Origin: an uncultured Vampirovibrio sp.
GTDB lineage: Bacteria; Cyanobacteriota; Vampirovibrionia; Gastranaerophilales; Gastranaerophilaceae
NCBI GenBank assembly: GCA_910579975.1
Contig: CAJTWU010000003.1
Span: 30,010-94,009 of the forward strand
Length of the DNA: 64,000 nt
Reading direction: 5' to 3'
The notes beneath the pieces were generated by a model. That model was not told where the DNA came from. It did no database searches and saw only the letters and a program-made list of their open reading frames with translations. Shown piece after piece: positions 55,783 to 64,000 of the stretch. Numbering within the stretch: the first letter of the stretch is position 1; each line of letters starts with the position of its first letter. The position numbers and the translations under genes were made by a program.

Positions 55783-56618
55783 TCTTCTACATCCTTCTGT
55801 ATCTGATACTTTAATTCATCAATATTTTCAAACTTTTTTTCATCGCGAATTTTTTTTATAAATTCAACTTCAAGTGATAAATCATATAAATTGGCTTCAA
55901 AATGAGGTATATGAACCTCTAAAGACTCCGTTTCACCATTTACAGTTGGCTTAATCCCCCAGTTTAAAACAGCCGGCTTATTGAGAACTTTTACCGAGTA
56001 AACTCCATAAGGTAATCTTACAATTTTTTTCGGATAAATCATATTAGCGGTAGGAAATCCCAACTCTCTTCCAAGTTTTTTCCCCTCAACAACAGTTGAT
56101 TTAATAGAAAATCCGTCGCCCAGAAAATTATTTGCCTTTTCAATATCACCTGATATCAATAATTCACGGATATTAGATGAGCTAACTATTTCACTATCAA
56201 TGCTGCATGCCGGAGAACAAAAATATTCATAATTATATTTTAGTTGGTTTTGAAACAAAAATTCAGCATTACCCTTTCGCTCTGCTCCAAATGTGTGGTT
56301 AAAACCCGTTGATATAGCGCTTGGCGAGTATTTCTTTATAAGATAATCTAAATAATCTTGCGCACTAATTTTTGCAATCTCTGAAAAATCATGTTCAACT
56401 ATTTCATCAACACCAAATGATTTGATTAAATCATAGCTCTTTTCTCTGGGATAAATATATTCAACCCTTTTACCAAAATATTCTGCTGGAGAAGTCTTAA
56501 AAGTTATTAAAATTGTTTTTCCATGACCTAAAGCGGTTTTTATAACCTCTCTATGTCCCTTATGAACTCCGTCAAAAAAACCCAAAATTAGTGAACAATT
56601 TTCCATAGGATTATGCAA
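55767..56618 (-). CDS. ribF: bifunctional riboflavin kinase/FAD synthetase
   Basis: GFFDGVHKGH, then GRELGFPTAN and the riboflavin kinase C-terminal domain. Confidence 0.92.
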   Translation of the reverse strand: MHNPMENCSLILGFFDGVHKGHREVIKTALGHGKTILITFKTSPAEYFGKRVEYIYPREKSYDLIKSFGVDEIVEHDFSEIAKISAQDYLDYLIKKYSPSAISTGFNHTFGAERKGNAEFLFQNQLKYNYEYFCSPACSIDSEIVSSSNIRELLISGDIEKANNFLGDGFSIKSTVVEGKKLGRELGFPTANMIYPKKIVRLPYGVYSVKVLNKPAVLNWGIKPTVNGETESLEVHIPHFEANLYDLSLEVEFIKKIRDEKKFENIDELKYQIQKDVEECLKL

Positions 56619-56820
56619 TAATGTTTAGCTTGCCGCCCGCAATTCTATCATGACAAAAAGCTTTCCATTCATTTATTGATTTATAAACCTCTTTGTCATC
56701 ATTTTTATGATTAAGCACAGGAGCATCTGCATTATTCTCTCCGCCTCGACTATTAACAAAACCATAATTAACTGGTCTTATTACTTGATTATGAGTTGCG
56801 GATATTGCAGAAACTAGCAT
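56611..56820 (-). CDS. hypothetical small protein (69 aa)
   Basis: ORF with GGGGG RBS and a TTGCAA-N17-TAAAAT promoter-like element upstream. Overlaps the ribF start. Confidence 0.45.
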   Translation of the reverse strand: MLVSAISATHNQVIRPVNYGFVNSRGGENNADAPVLNHKNDDKEVYKSINEWKAFCHDRIAGGKLNIIA

Positions 56821-56893
56821 GTATTATTACCCCCTGTGGAGAAAATTTTATCATAACCACCATTTTTTTGCAATAACTACAACCAGGTAATTT

Positions 56894-57430
56894 TTATAAA
56901 ACAGCCTTAATACCAAGGAGTATTAACACTACTCCGGACAATACCTCCAAAGCAGTAGTAGGTAAATGTTTGAGTTTTCCTCCTAATTTAAATCCAAGGC
57001 AAGAATTAAAAAATGTTATTAATCCAATCAATAATACAGGCTTAAATATCTTATTTCCATATAAAGCAAGCGAAATTCCCGCAGAAAATGCATCTATACT
57101 TGTTGCAATTCCTATTAAGAACAAGCATGCCAGCGAAATACATTGCGGCATTTCTTTCTTTTGAAAAGCCTCTTTAATGAATTTCACTCCCAAAAAAATA
57201 AAAATGACACATACAATTAATGAGGCAAAAGGAGCAATATATGATTTTACACAAGAAGTTAAATAATATCCGATTACAGGCATGACTGCTTGAAAAAAAC
57301 CAGTAAATACTGCTAGCAATAATGCATTTTTAACTCGGTTTTCTCTAAAAGATAATCCGTATGAAAAAGATACCGCCATCGCATCAATTGATAAAGCAAT
57401 TGCAAGAAAAATTATTTCTAAATATGACAT
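56894..57430 (-). CDS. mntP: manganese efflux pump MntP
   Basis: DUF204 duplication (LSIDAMAV / TSIDAFSAG). Six TM segments. Confidence 0.85.
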   Translation of the reverse strand: MSYLEIIFLAIALSIDAMAVSFSYGLSFRENRVKNALLLAVFTGFFQAVMPVIGYYLTSCVKSYIAPFASLIVCVIFIFLGVKFIKEAFQKKEMPQCISLACLFLIGIATSIDAFSAGISLALYGNKIFKPVLLIGLITFFNSCLGFKLGGKLKHLPTTALEVLSGVVLILLGIKAVL

Positions 57431-57493
57431 TTAACCTCTCAATCAATTTGAACCCGTTATAAGCTTGTTCAAATGGGTAAATTTTCACCCTTA

Positions 57494-58885
57494 TTAAAAA
57501 ACATCAGTCTTAATTGGATTTTTAAATTTAGTAATATTTCCTTGGAATAGAAGCTTAACAGTACCAACTGGACCGTTTCTGTGTTTTGCAATAATAATTT
57601 CGGCTTCACCTTTATTTGCCGCTTTTTCAGAAACTTCTTCTTCATCATTAGCATTTTTATAATATTCATCACGATAAATAAACATTACAATATCAGCATC
57701 TTGCTCAATTGATCCTGATTCTCTTAAATCTGACAACATCGGGCGCTTATCAGTTCTGCTTTCTACCGCACGAGATAATTGAGAAAGAGAAATAATAGGA
57801 ACATTCAATTCCTTAGCAAGGATTTTTAAACCTCTGGAAATACTTGAAATCTGCTGCATACGATCTTCTCTGCCCGAACCCTCAATCAACTGTAAATAGT
57901 CGATTACAATTAAACCAAGATTCTTTTCTGCCATAGCTAAACGACGGCATTTTGCTCTCAAATCAGTAATTGTACAACCGGCTGTATCATCGATATAAAT
58001 AGGAGCTTGAGATAAGCTATCCATTGCAACTGCAAGTTTCTCCCAGTCTTTTGCCTGCATATTTCCGGTCTTTAATCTTTGTGTATCAACTTCTGCTTCA
58101 GAACATAACAACCTTTGCACGAGCTGATCCTTAGACATTTCCAGAGAAAATATAGCAACAGGTACATTTGCTTTCAGCGCAACATTTTGAGCAATATTCA
58201 ATGCAAACGAAGTTTTACCCATTGCCGGACGTGCTGCAAGAATTATCAAATCAGATTTTTGAAGCCCATTGGTCATTGTATCTAAATCATAAAATGCTGT
58301 AGGTGTACCGGTTAGCTGCCCTTTATTATTATAACGCTCTTCAATCATTGCATAACTGTCATAAACCAAATCCTTGATAGGAAGAAGTGATTTAGAAGCC
58401 TTTTGTGATGCAATGTCAAAAATCAATTTTTCTGCAGTTTCTAAAGATTCTTCAATGGGATTTAAATCATAACCTGAATTAATAATTTCAGAACCGGCAT
58501 TAATTAGAGAGCGCTTAATCGCTTTTTCCTGTACAATTCGGGCATAATATTCTACGTTGGTAGTTGTAATGGTTTTATAACTCAAATCATTGATAAATGC
58601 ACGACCGCCAACCAGTTCCAGCTTCTGGTTAATATTTAAAACATCAGAAACAGAAACAATATCAATCTTATCTTCCCCGTTGTATAGTTGAAGCATAGCT
58701 TCGTAAACATACCTGTGAGCCGGTTTATAAAATGATTCCGGACGTAAATGTTCAACAATTCTGTTCATACAAGACGGACTTACCAGAATTGCACCTAAAA
58801 TAGCTTCTTCTGCATCAATATTTTGAGGCATAAGCTCTGATAAATCGTTTTGTTTATTTTTTTTAGAAGAATATGAAGTTGCCAT
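57494..58885 (-). CDS. dnaB: replicative DNA helicase
   Basis: DnaB N-domain (EEAILGAIL), Walker A ARPAMGKTS and Walker B VIDYLQL. I start it at ATG 58885. The ORF extends to 58921. Confidence 0.95.
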   Translation of the reverse strand: MATSYSSKKNKQNDLSELMPQNIDAEEAILGAILVSPSCMNRIVEHLRPESFYKPAHRYVYEAMLQLYNGEDKIDIVSVSDVLNINQKLELVGGRAFINDLSYKTITTTNVEYYARIVQEKAIKRSLINAGSEIINSGYDLNPIEESLETAEKLIFDIASQKASKSLLPIKDLVYDSYAMIEERYNNKGQLTGTPTAFYDLDTMTNGLQKSDLIILAARPAMGKTSFALNIAQNVALKANVPVAIFSLEMSKDQLVQRLLCSEAEVDTQRLKTGNMQAKDWEKLAVAMDSLSQAPIYIDDTAGCTITDLRAKCRRLAMAEKNLGLIVIDYLQLIEGSGREDRMQQISSISRGLKILAKELNVPIISLSQLSRAVESRTDKRPMLSDLRESGSIEQDADIVMFIYRDEYYKNANDEEEVSEKAANKGEAEIIIAKHRNGPVGTVKLLFQGNITKFKNPIKTDVF

Positions 58886-59191
58886 TAAGAATATTGTGAC
58901 AGCAAAATAAAGTTGAAGCAAGAGGTTGTTAAATATTTTTAAGATTGTTTTTTAAAATATAAGAATGTATAAGTAGCATATTTCAATTTTGTAAACCATT
59001 AAATCGCGACTTTTTGACATGAAATTTGCAAACAGAGTTTAAAACCTATATTTATAAAAACAATCTTTAATAAAACTTTACAAATTCAGCCCAAATGTAA
59101 TAAAACTGCTTGCAAACAGAAATTTAGCAAATATTATTAATTAAGATGCCTTATAATGGCATAAAATTGATAGCCGAAAATAGAGGAAAAC

Positions 59192-59407
59192 ATGGCAAAA
59201 GACGTAATTGAAATTGAAGGTACTATATTGGAGTCAATGCCGAATGCAATGTTCAGAGTTAAGCTCGAAAACGGACACGAAATTCTGGCTCACATCTCCG
59301 GTAAAATTAGAAAGAATTTCATTAGAATTCTTCCAGGTGACAAAGTAAAAGTCGAAATGACTCCATATGATTTAACAAAAGGAAGAATTACATTCAGACT
59401 TAAATAG
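59192..59407 (+). CDS. infA: translation initiation factor IF-1
   Basis: [40 protein letters not shown] is canonical IF-1. Confidence 0.97.
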   Translation: MAKDVIEIEGTILESMPNAMFRVKLENGHEILAHISGKIRKNFIRILPGDKVKVEMTPYDLTKGRITFRLK

Positions 59408-59437
59408 AAAGAAATATAAAAAGAAAAGGAAAAAACA

Positions 59438-59551
59438 ATGAAAACAAGATCATCAGTAAAACCTATGTGCGACAAATGCAAAGTTATCAGAAGAAAAGGC
59501 AGAGTTGCAGTAATTTGTGAAAACCCTAAACACAAACAAAGACAAGGTTAA
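59438..59551 (+). CDS. rpmJ: 50S ribosomal protein L36
   Basis: Own translation gives [37 protein letters not shown]. Below the ORF-track cutoff. Confidence 0.95.
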   Translation: MKTRSSVKPMCDKCKVIRRKGRVAVICENPKHKQRQG

Positions 59552-59599
59552 TCACTAAAAAAGAAGTAAAGTACATTTAATTAATAAAGGAAAGAAAAT

Positions 59600-59968
59600 A
59601 TGGCAAGATTAGTAGGGGTAGACTTACCTCGTAACAAAAGACTAGAAGTAGCTCTTACATACATTTATGGTATCGGACCGGCTAGAGCTGCAAAAATCCT
59701 TGAAACAACTGGTATTTCTCCAGATTTAAGAACAGATGATTTAACAGAAGATGATATTCGTTTATTGCGTAATGCATTATCAGAATACCACATTGAAGGT
59801 GACTTAAGACGTGAAGTTGCAATGAACATTAAACGTCTTCAAGAAATCAACTCATACAGAGGCATGAGACATAAGAGAGGTCTTCCTTGCAGAGGTCAAA
59901 GAACAAAAACTAACGCAAGAACAAGACGTGGTAAGAAAACCGGACCTATCGCTGGTAAGAAAAAATAG
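59600..59968 (+). CDS. rpsM: 30S ribosomal protein S13
   Basis: [26 protein letters not shown] is canonical S13. Confidence 0.97.
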   Translation: MARLVGVDLPRNKRLEVALTYIYGIGPARAAKILETTGISPDLRTDDLTEDDIRLLRNALSEYHIEGDLRREVAMNIKRLQEINSYRGMRHKRGLPCRGQRTKTNARTRRGKKTGPIAGKKK

Positions 59969-60120
59969 TTGAATTTTCCTTAGTGTGACGGATCTCATAA
60001 GCGAGACTAACACAAAGAACCGCGGAGCGAAGTATAAAATGAACAACAGCGGAGCGTAGAGGAATAATTCAAAACCAAATATTTAAAAGAAAATAAATAG
60101 TAAAATAAAGGATAAAGAAA

Positions 60121-60507
60121 ATGGCAAGACCAAAAACTACAAAGAAAAAAGAAAAGAAAAATGTATTGCAAGGTATTGTACACATACAATCAACTTTCAA
60201 CAATACAATTGTAACTTCTACTGATACACAAGGTAATGCTATTGCTTGGGCTACAGCTGGTGCTTCAGGATTTAAGGGTGCTAGAAAAGGTACTCCGTTT
60301 GCAGCACAATCTGCAGCTGAACAAGTAGCTAAAAAATCAATTGACCAAGGTATGAAAAAAGTTGAAGTTTATATCAAAGGGCCTGGTTCAGGACGTGAAA
60401 CAGCTATCAGAGCTATTCAAGCAGCTGGACTTGAAATCACTTTGATTAAAGACGTAACACCTATTCCTCACAACGGATGCAGACCTCCTAAAAAGAGACG
60501 TGTATAA
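60121..60507 (+). CDS. rpsK: 30S ribosomal protein S11
   Basis: [18 protein letters not shown]...[14 protein letters not shown] is canonical S11. Confidence 0.97.
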   Translation: MARPKTTKKKEKKNVLQGIVHIQSTFNNTIVTSTDTQGNAIAWATAGASGFKGARKGTPFAAQSAAEQVAKKSIDQGMKKVEVYIKGPGSGRETAIRAIQAAGLEITLIKDVTPIPHNGCRPPKKRRV

Positions 60508-60601
60508 TCCAGAGGAAAAACAGTAAATACTAAATAGCGGGGGCTTACTTCAAGCCAAAAAAGTAAACCATAGATGCCCCGCAAAAGAAAAGGAGAAAAA
60601 A

Positions 60602-61204
60602 ATGGCAAGATACACAGGACCAACTAATAAATTATTTAGAAATAAGAAAGTTAAAGATTTGTCAAACAGAAAATTAACTTCTTCTATGAGACAAACAGCT
60701 TCAGGACAGCATGGTGCTGTTAGAAAGAAACTTTCTGAATATGCATTACACTTAGCAGAAAAACAAAAAATTAGATTCACATACTTAGTAAGTGAAAAAC
60801 AATTTGCTAAATATTATAACGAAGCAGCAAGAAGAAAAGGTGTTACAGGTACTATCTTGTTACAACTTCTTGAATCAAGACTTGACAACATTCTATTCAG
60901 AGCAGGTTTTGGTGTAACTCGTAAACAATCAAGACAAATCGTTAACCACGGTCATGTTCTAGTTAACGGTAAAAAAGTAGATATTCCATCATATTTAGTA
61001 AAACCTGAAGATGTAATTACAATCAAAGTTAAGAGCAGCGACTACTTAAAAGCTGTTATGAGCACTATTGATTTATCATGTGCTCCGGCTTGGGTAACTG
61101 TTGACAAAGAAGCTTTGAAAGTTACATTCGACAGAGTTCCAGAAAGAGAAGAACTCGATCCGGAAATCAAAGAACAACTAGTTATAGAGTACTATTCAAA
61201 ATAG
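60602..61204 (+). CDS. rpsD: 30S ribosomal protein S4
   Basis: MARYTGP... N-terminus and an S4 RNA-binding domain (LESRLDNILFRAGF). Confidence 0.97.
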   Translation: MARYTGPTNKLFRNKKVKDLSNRKLTSSMRQTASGQHGAVRKKLSEYALHLAEKQKIRFTYLVSEKQFAKYYNEAARRKGVTGTILLQLLESRLDNILFRAGFGVTRKQSRQIVNHGHVLVNGKKVDIPSYLVKPEDVITIKVKSSDYLKAVMSTIDLSCAPAWVTVDKEALKVTFDRVPEREELDPEIKEQLVIEYYSK

Positions 61205-61222
61205 TCGATAGGAGAGAATAAT

Positions 61223-62224
61223 ATGGAATTAAAAATTAAAACTGTTAATACTATGGCCGGTTCTGACGGTTCACAATACGGTAAATTTACCATTGAACCA
61301 TTAGAAAGAGGTTTTGGTACAACTATCGGTAACGCTCTTAGAAGAGTTTTGCTTTCAAGTCTTGAAGGTACTGCTGTAACTTCTTGCAGAATTGAAGGTA
61401 TCACTCATGAATACACTGCTATTCCAGGTGTATTGGAAGATGTTATTGATGTTATGTTAAACCTTAAAGGTTTAGCAGTTAAAACTGATTCTAAAGAACC
61501 TCAACATTTGAGAATTGATGTTGATAGAGCAGGCGCTGTATTAGCTAGTGATATACAATTACCAGCAGGTGTTAAAGTTGTTAATCCGGACTGGTTAATC
61601 TGTACAATTGCAGAAGGCGGATCATTCCATGCTGATATTATTGTTGAAACAGGCAAAGGCTATGTAGCTAATGATGTTCCAAGAAACGCAAAAGCAGGAG
61701 CTTCTATCGATATGCTTCCAATTGATGCAACATTCATGCCAATCAAGAGAGTAAGCTACGAAGTAGAAAATACTCGTGTTGGCGACAGCATTGATTTTGA
61801 CAAATTAACTCTAGAAATTTGGTCAAACGGTACTGTAGATGTAACATCAGCTCTTTCATATGCCTCAGAACTTCTTATTGAACATTTTGTTCAAATTGCA
61901 GGCATATCAGGTAAAACAATTCAAAGAGAAGTTGAAGAAGTTGCAGTTGCTAAAGATGAAACAGTTGAATCAACAGAGGCTGAACCATCAATTACTATTG
62001 ATGAATTAGAATTATCTGTAAGAGCTTACAACTGCTTAAAAAGAGCAAGCATCAACTCTATGGCTGAACTTTTAAAGAAATCAGAACATGATTTGTTAAA
62101 TATTAAAAACTTCGGTAAAAAATCATCTGATGAAGTAATCGAAAGATTACACCATTTTGGTTTAGACTTAGCTCCAAACCCAGAATTGGATGAAGATGGT
62201 ATGGTTATCGAAACAGCTGAGTAA
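61223..62224 (+). CDS. rpoA: DNA-directed RNA polymerase subunit alpha
   Basis: GFGTTIGNALRRVLLSSLEG, plus a C-terminal domain with ELSVRAYNCLKRA. Confidence 0.97.
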   Translation: MELKIKTVNTMAGSDGSQYGKFTIEPLERGFGTTIGNALRRVLLSSLEGTAVTSCRIEGITHEYTAIPGVLEDVIDVMLNLKGLAVKTDSKEPQHLRIDVDRAGAVLASDIQLPAGVKVVNPDWLICTIAEGGSFHADIIVETGKGYVANDVPRNAKAGASIDMLPIDATFMPIKRVSYEVENTRVGDSIDFDKLTLEIWSNGTVDVTSALSYASELLIEHFVQIAGISGKTIQREVEEVAVAKDETVESTEAEPSITIDELELSVRAYNCLKRASINSMAELLKKSEHDLLNIKNFGKKSSDEVIERLHHFGLDLAPNPELDEDGMVIETAE

Positions 62225-62256
62225 TAAATAGTAAATTATAATAAAGGGAAAAAACA

Positions 62257-62685
62257 ATGAGACACCAAACAAAAAAACATACGCTTGGTAAAGCACAAGA
62301 CCAGAGAAAGGCTTTGTTGCGTTCATTGGCTACCGAACTTTTTACTCACGGTGAAATCAAAACAACTATGGCTAGAGCAAAAGCTTTACAACCATATGCT
62401 GAAAATGTTATCACTATGGCTAAAAAAGGTGACTTGAACTCAAGAAGACTTGCGGGCAAATATATCTACGACAAAGAAATCGGACAATTAATTGATACAA
62501 CAACCGGTGAAGTATTTGATGCTCCACAAGAAGGCAAAAAATTAGCTAAACAAACTGTTTTAAGAAAATTATTTAGCATTATTGGTGTTAAATATTCTTC
62601 AAGAAATGGTGGCTATACAAGAATTTTCAGACTTCCACCACGTAGAGGTGATGCTTCTGAAATGGCATTAATTCAATTGGTATAA
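62257..62685 (+). CDS. rplQ: 50S ribosomal protein L17
   Basis: MRHQTKKHTLGK...RKALLRSLA...GGYTRI is canonical L17, with an internal insertion. Confidence 0.95.
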   Translation: MRHQTKKHTLGKAQDQRKALLRSLATELFTHGEIKTTMARAKALQPYAENVITMAKKGDLNSRRLAGKYIYDKEIGQLIDTTTGEVFDAPQEGKKLAKQTVLRKLFSIIGVKYSSRNGGYTRIFRLPPRRGDASEMALIQLV

Positions 62686-62688
62686 TTA

Positions 62689-63453
62689 ATGCGCTACGCT
62701 CTTGACGTCCAGTACCGTGGTAAAAATTATGACGGAAGCCAAATTCAATTTGAAAGCGGCAAAGAAATAGGAAAAACCATACAGGGCGAATTAGAGAAAG
62801 TAATTTGTACATTGTTAGAGTCTAAGACTCAAATAAATAACAGACCGATTAAAACAATCTTCTCCGGAAGAACTGATAAAGGTGTAAACTCATTAGGACA
62901 AGTCGTTCATTTTGATTATGAGAAAACAATTGTTGCTTCAAAGTTTATCTATCAAATGAACGAAATCTTGCCTGATGATATATCAGTTAATAACTTGAGA
63001 ATTGTAGACCAATCGTTTCATGCTCAAAAATCTGCAAAGAGTAGATATTACAAATATGAAATAATCAATCGTAAGTATAAACAGGCGTTTGATAGTGATA
63101 TCTTAAGAGTAAAATACGATTTAGATGTGAAGCGTATGCAATGCGCTTTGGACTTCTTAAAGGGAGAACATGATTTTTCAAGTTTTAAAAGTTCTGGAAC
63201 GCTTAACCCGAGCAAAGTTTGTTTAATTACCAGAGCCGAAGTTGAAAAACAAGGTGATAGGGTTCTTATTCATATAGAAGGAAACAGATTTCTTTATAAT
63301 ATGGTAAGAACAATAGTCGGTACTCTTCTGGAAATGGAAGGACATAATTTGCCTCCAGAGCACATGAAAATGGTTTTAGAGGCACGTGACCGCCGCAAGG
63401 CGGGAAGAACAGTTAGTCCGTATGGATTAACATTAATGAAAGTAGAATACTAA
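62689..63453 (+). CDS. truA: tRNA pseudouridine(38-40) synthase
   Basis: [16 protein letters not shown] catalytic Asp motif and FLYNMVR. Confidence 0.93.
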   Translation: MRYALDVQYRGKNYDGSQIQFESGKEIGKTIQGELEKVICTLLESKTQINNRPIKTIFSGRTDKGVNSLGQVVHFDYEKTIVASKFIYQMNEILPDDISVNNLRIVDQSFHAQKSAKSRYYKYEIINRKYKQAFDSDILRVKYDLDVKRMQCALDFLKGEHDFSSFKSSGTLNPSKVCLITRAEVEKQGDRVLIHIEGNRFLYNMVRTIVGTLLEMEGHNLPPEHMKMVLEARDRRKAGRTVSPYGLTLMKVEY

Positions 63454-63470
63454 AGAAGGACAATATAGAT

Positions 63471-63911
63471 ATGATGAAAACATATTCAGCAAAACCTCTT
63501 GAAGTTGAAAGAAAATGGTATGTAATCGATGCTGAAGGCGAAGTACTTGGTCGTTTAGCAGTTCGTGTTGCAAACATTTTAAGAGGAAAAAACAAACCTG
63601 AATATACACCTAACGTAGATACAGGCGATTTCGTAATCGTTATCAACGCAGAAAAGGTTGTTGTTACAGGTAATAAAGAAACTGATAAAATTTATTATCA
63701 CCACACTGGATTCCCAGGTGGGCTTAAATCTGCTTCTGTTAAAGAAGTTAGAGAAAAAGACGCAACTAAATTGATTGAAAAAGCTGTTAAAGGTATGTTA
63801 CAACACAATACTTTAGGCGCAGAACAATTCAACAAACTTAAAGTTTACTGTGGTTCAGAACATCCGCATGCAGCTCAAAAACCAATCGTTCTTGGAAAGG
63901 AGTCTAAATAA
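63471..63911 (+). CDS. rplM: 50S ribosomal protein L13
   Basis: [16 protein letters not shown]...GKNKPEYTP is canonical L13. Confidence 0.97.
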   Translation: MMKTYSAKPLEVERKWYVIDAEGEVLGRLAVRVANILRGKNKPEYTPNVDTGDFVIVINAEKVVVTGNKETDKIYYHHTGFPGGLKSASVKEVREKDATKLIEKAVKGMLQHNTLGAEQFNKLKVYCGSEHPHAAQKPIVLGKESK

Positions 63912-64000
63912 TGGCAGATAATAAAGAAATCATTATGGCTACCGGACGTAGAAAATGTGCTGTTGCTGTTGTTAAATTAGTAAAAGGCAAAGGCAGAATT
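63911..64000 (+). CDS. rpsI: 30S ribosomal protein S9 (N-terminal part, runs off window)
   Basis: Own translation gives [34 protein letters not shown]-type junction with the rplM stop. Confidence 0.9.
   Translation, partial: MADNKEIIMATGRRKCAVAVVKLVKGKGRI

Overview
Visibly AT-rich chromosomal segment of a diderm bacterium, densely packed with housekeeping genes. These include radA, bioB, mlaFED, ilvE, mnmA, rarA, gmk, rplI, ileS, secDF, dapA, panBC, ung, a GH57 glucan enzyme, gcvPB, miaB, aroC-aroK-aroB, ribF, mntP, dnaB, and the infA-rpmJ-rpsM-rpsK-rpsD-rpoA-rplQ-truA-rplM-rpsI block. The rplQ-truA-rplM-rpsI order, GH57 and Mla/Skp genes fit a non-photosynthetic cyanobacterial relative (Melainabacteria-like). 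That placement is inference only. I found no rRNA, tRNA, CRISPR array, transposase or integrase. About a dozen orphan genes lie between the core genes, and the interesting signal is regulatory. (1) Three orphan loci carry near-textbook sigma-28/FliA promoters (TAAAGTTT-N11-GCCGATAA/T). Two of them are preceded by a conserved 17-bp TGTAA direct-repeat module exactly 16 nt upstream of the -35. (2) A fourth copy of this promoter architecture sits inside a 183-bp core flanked by perfect 29-bp inverted repeats (44702-44942). It points away from an orphan two-gene cassette, so this is a candidate invertible phase switch. (3) An (AG)22 tract lies in the 5' end of a GT8/GT2 glycosyltransferase gene and separates a strong RBS/ATG from the catalytic frame. 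(4) A (TATAG)5 repeat abuts one sigma-28 promoter. Together these suggest a phase-variable, sigma-28-linked regulon of uncharacterised small, possibly exported, proteins. A group-3 sigma factor gene is also in the window.
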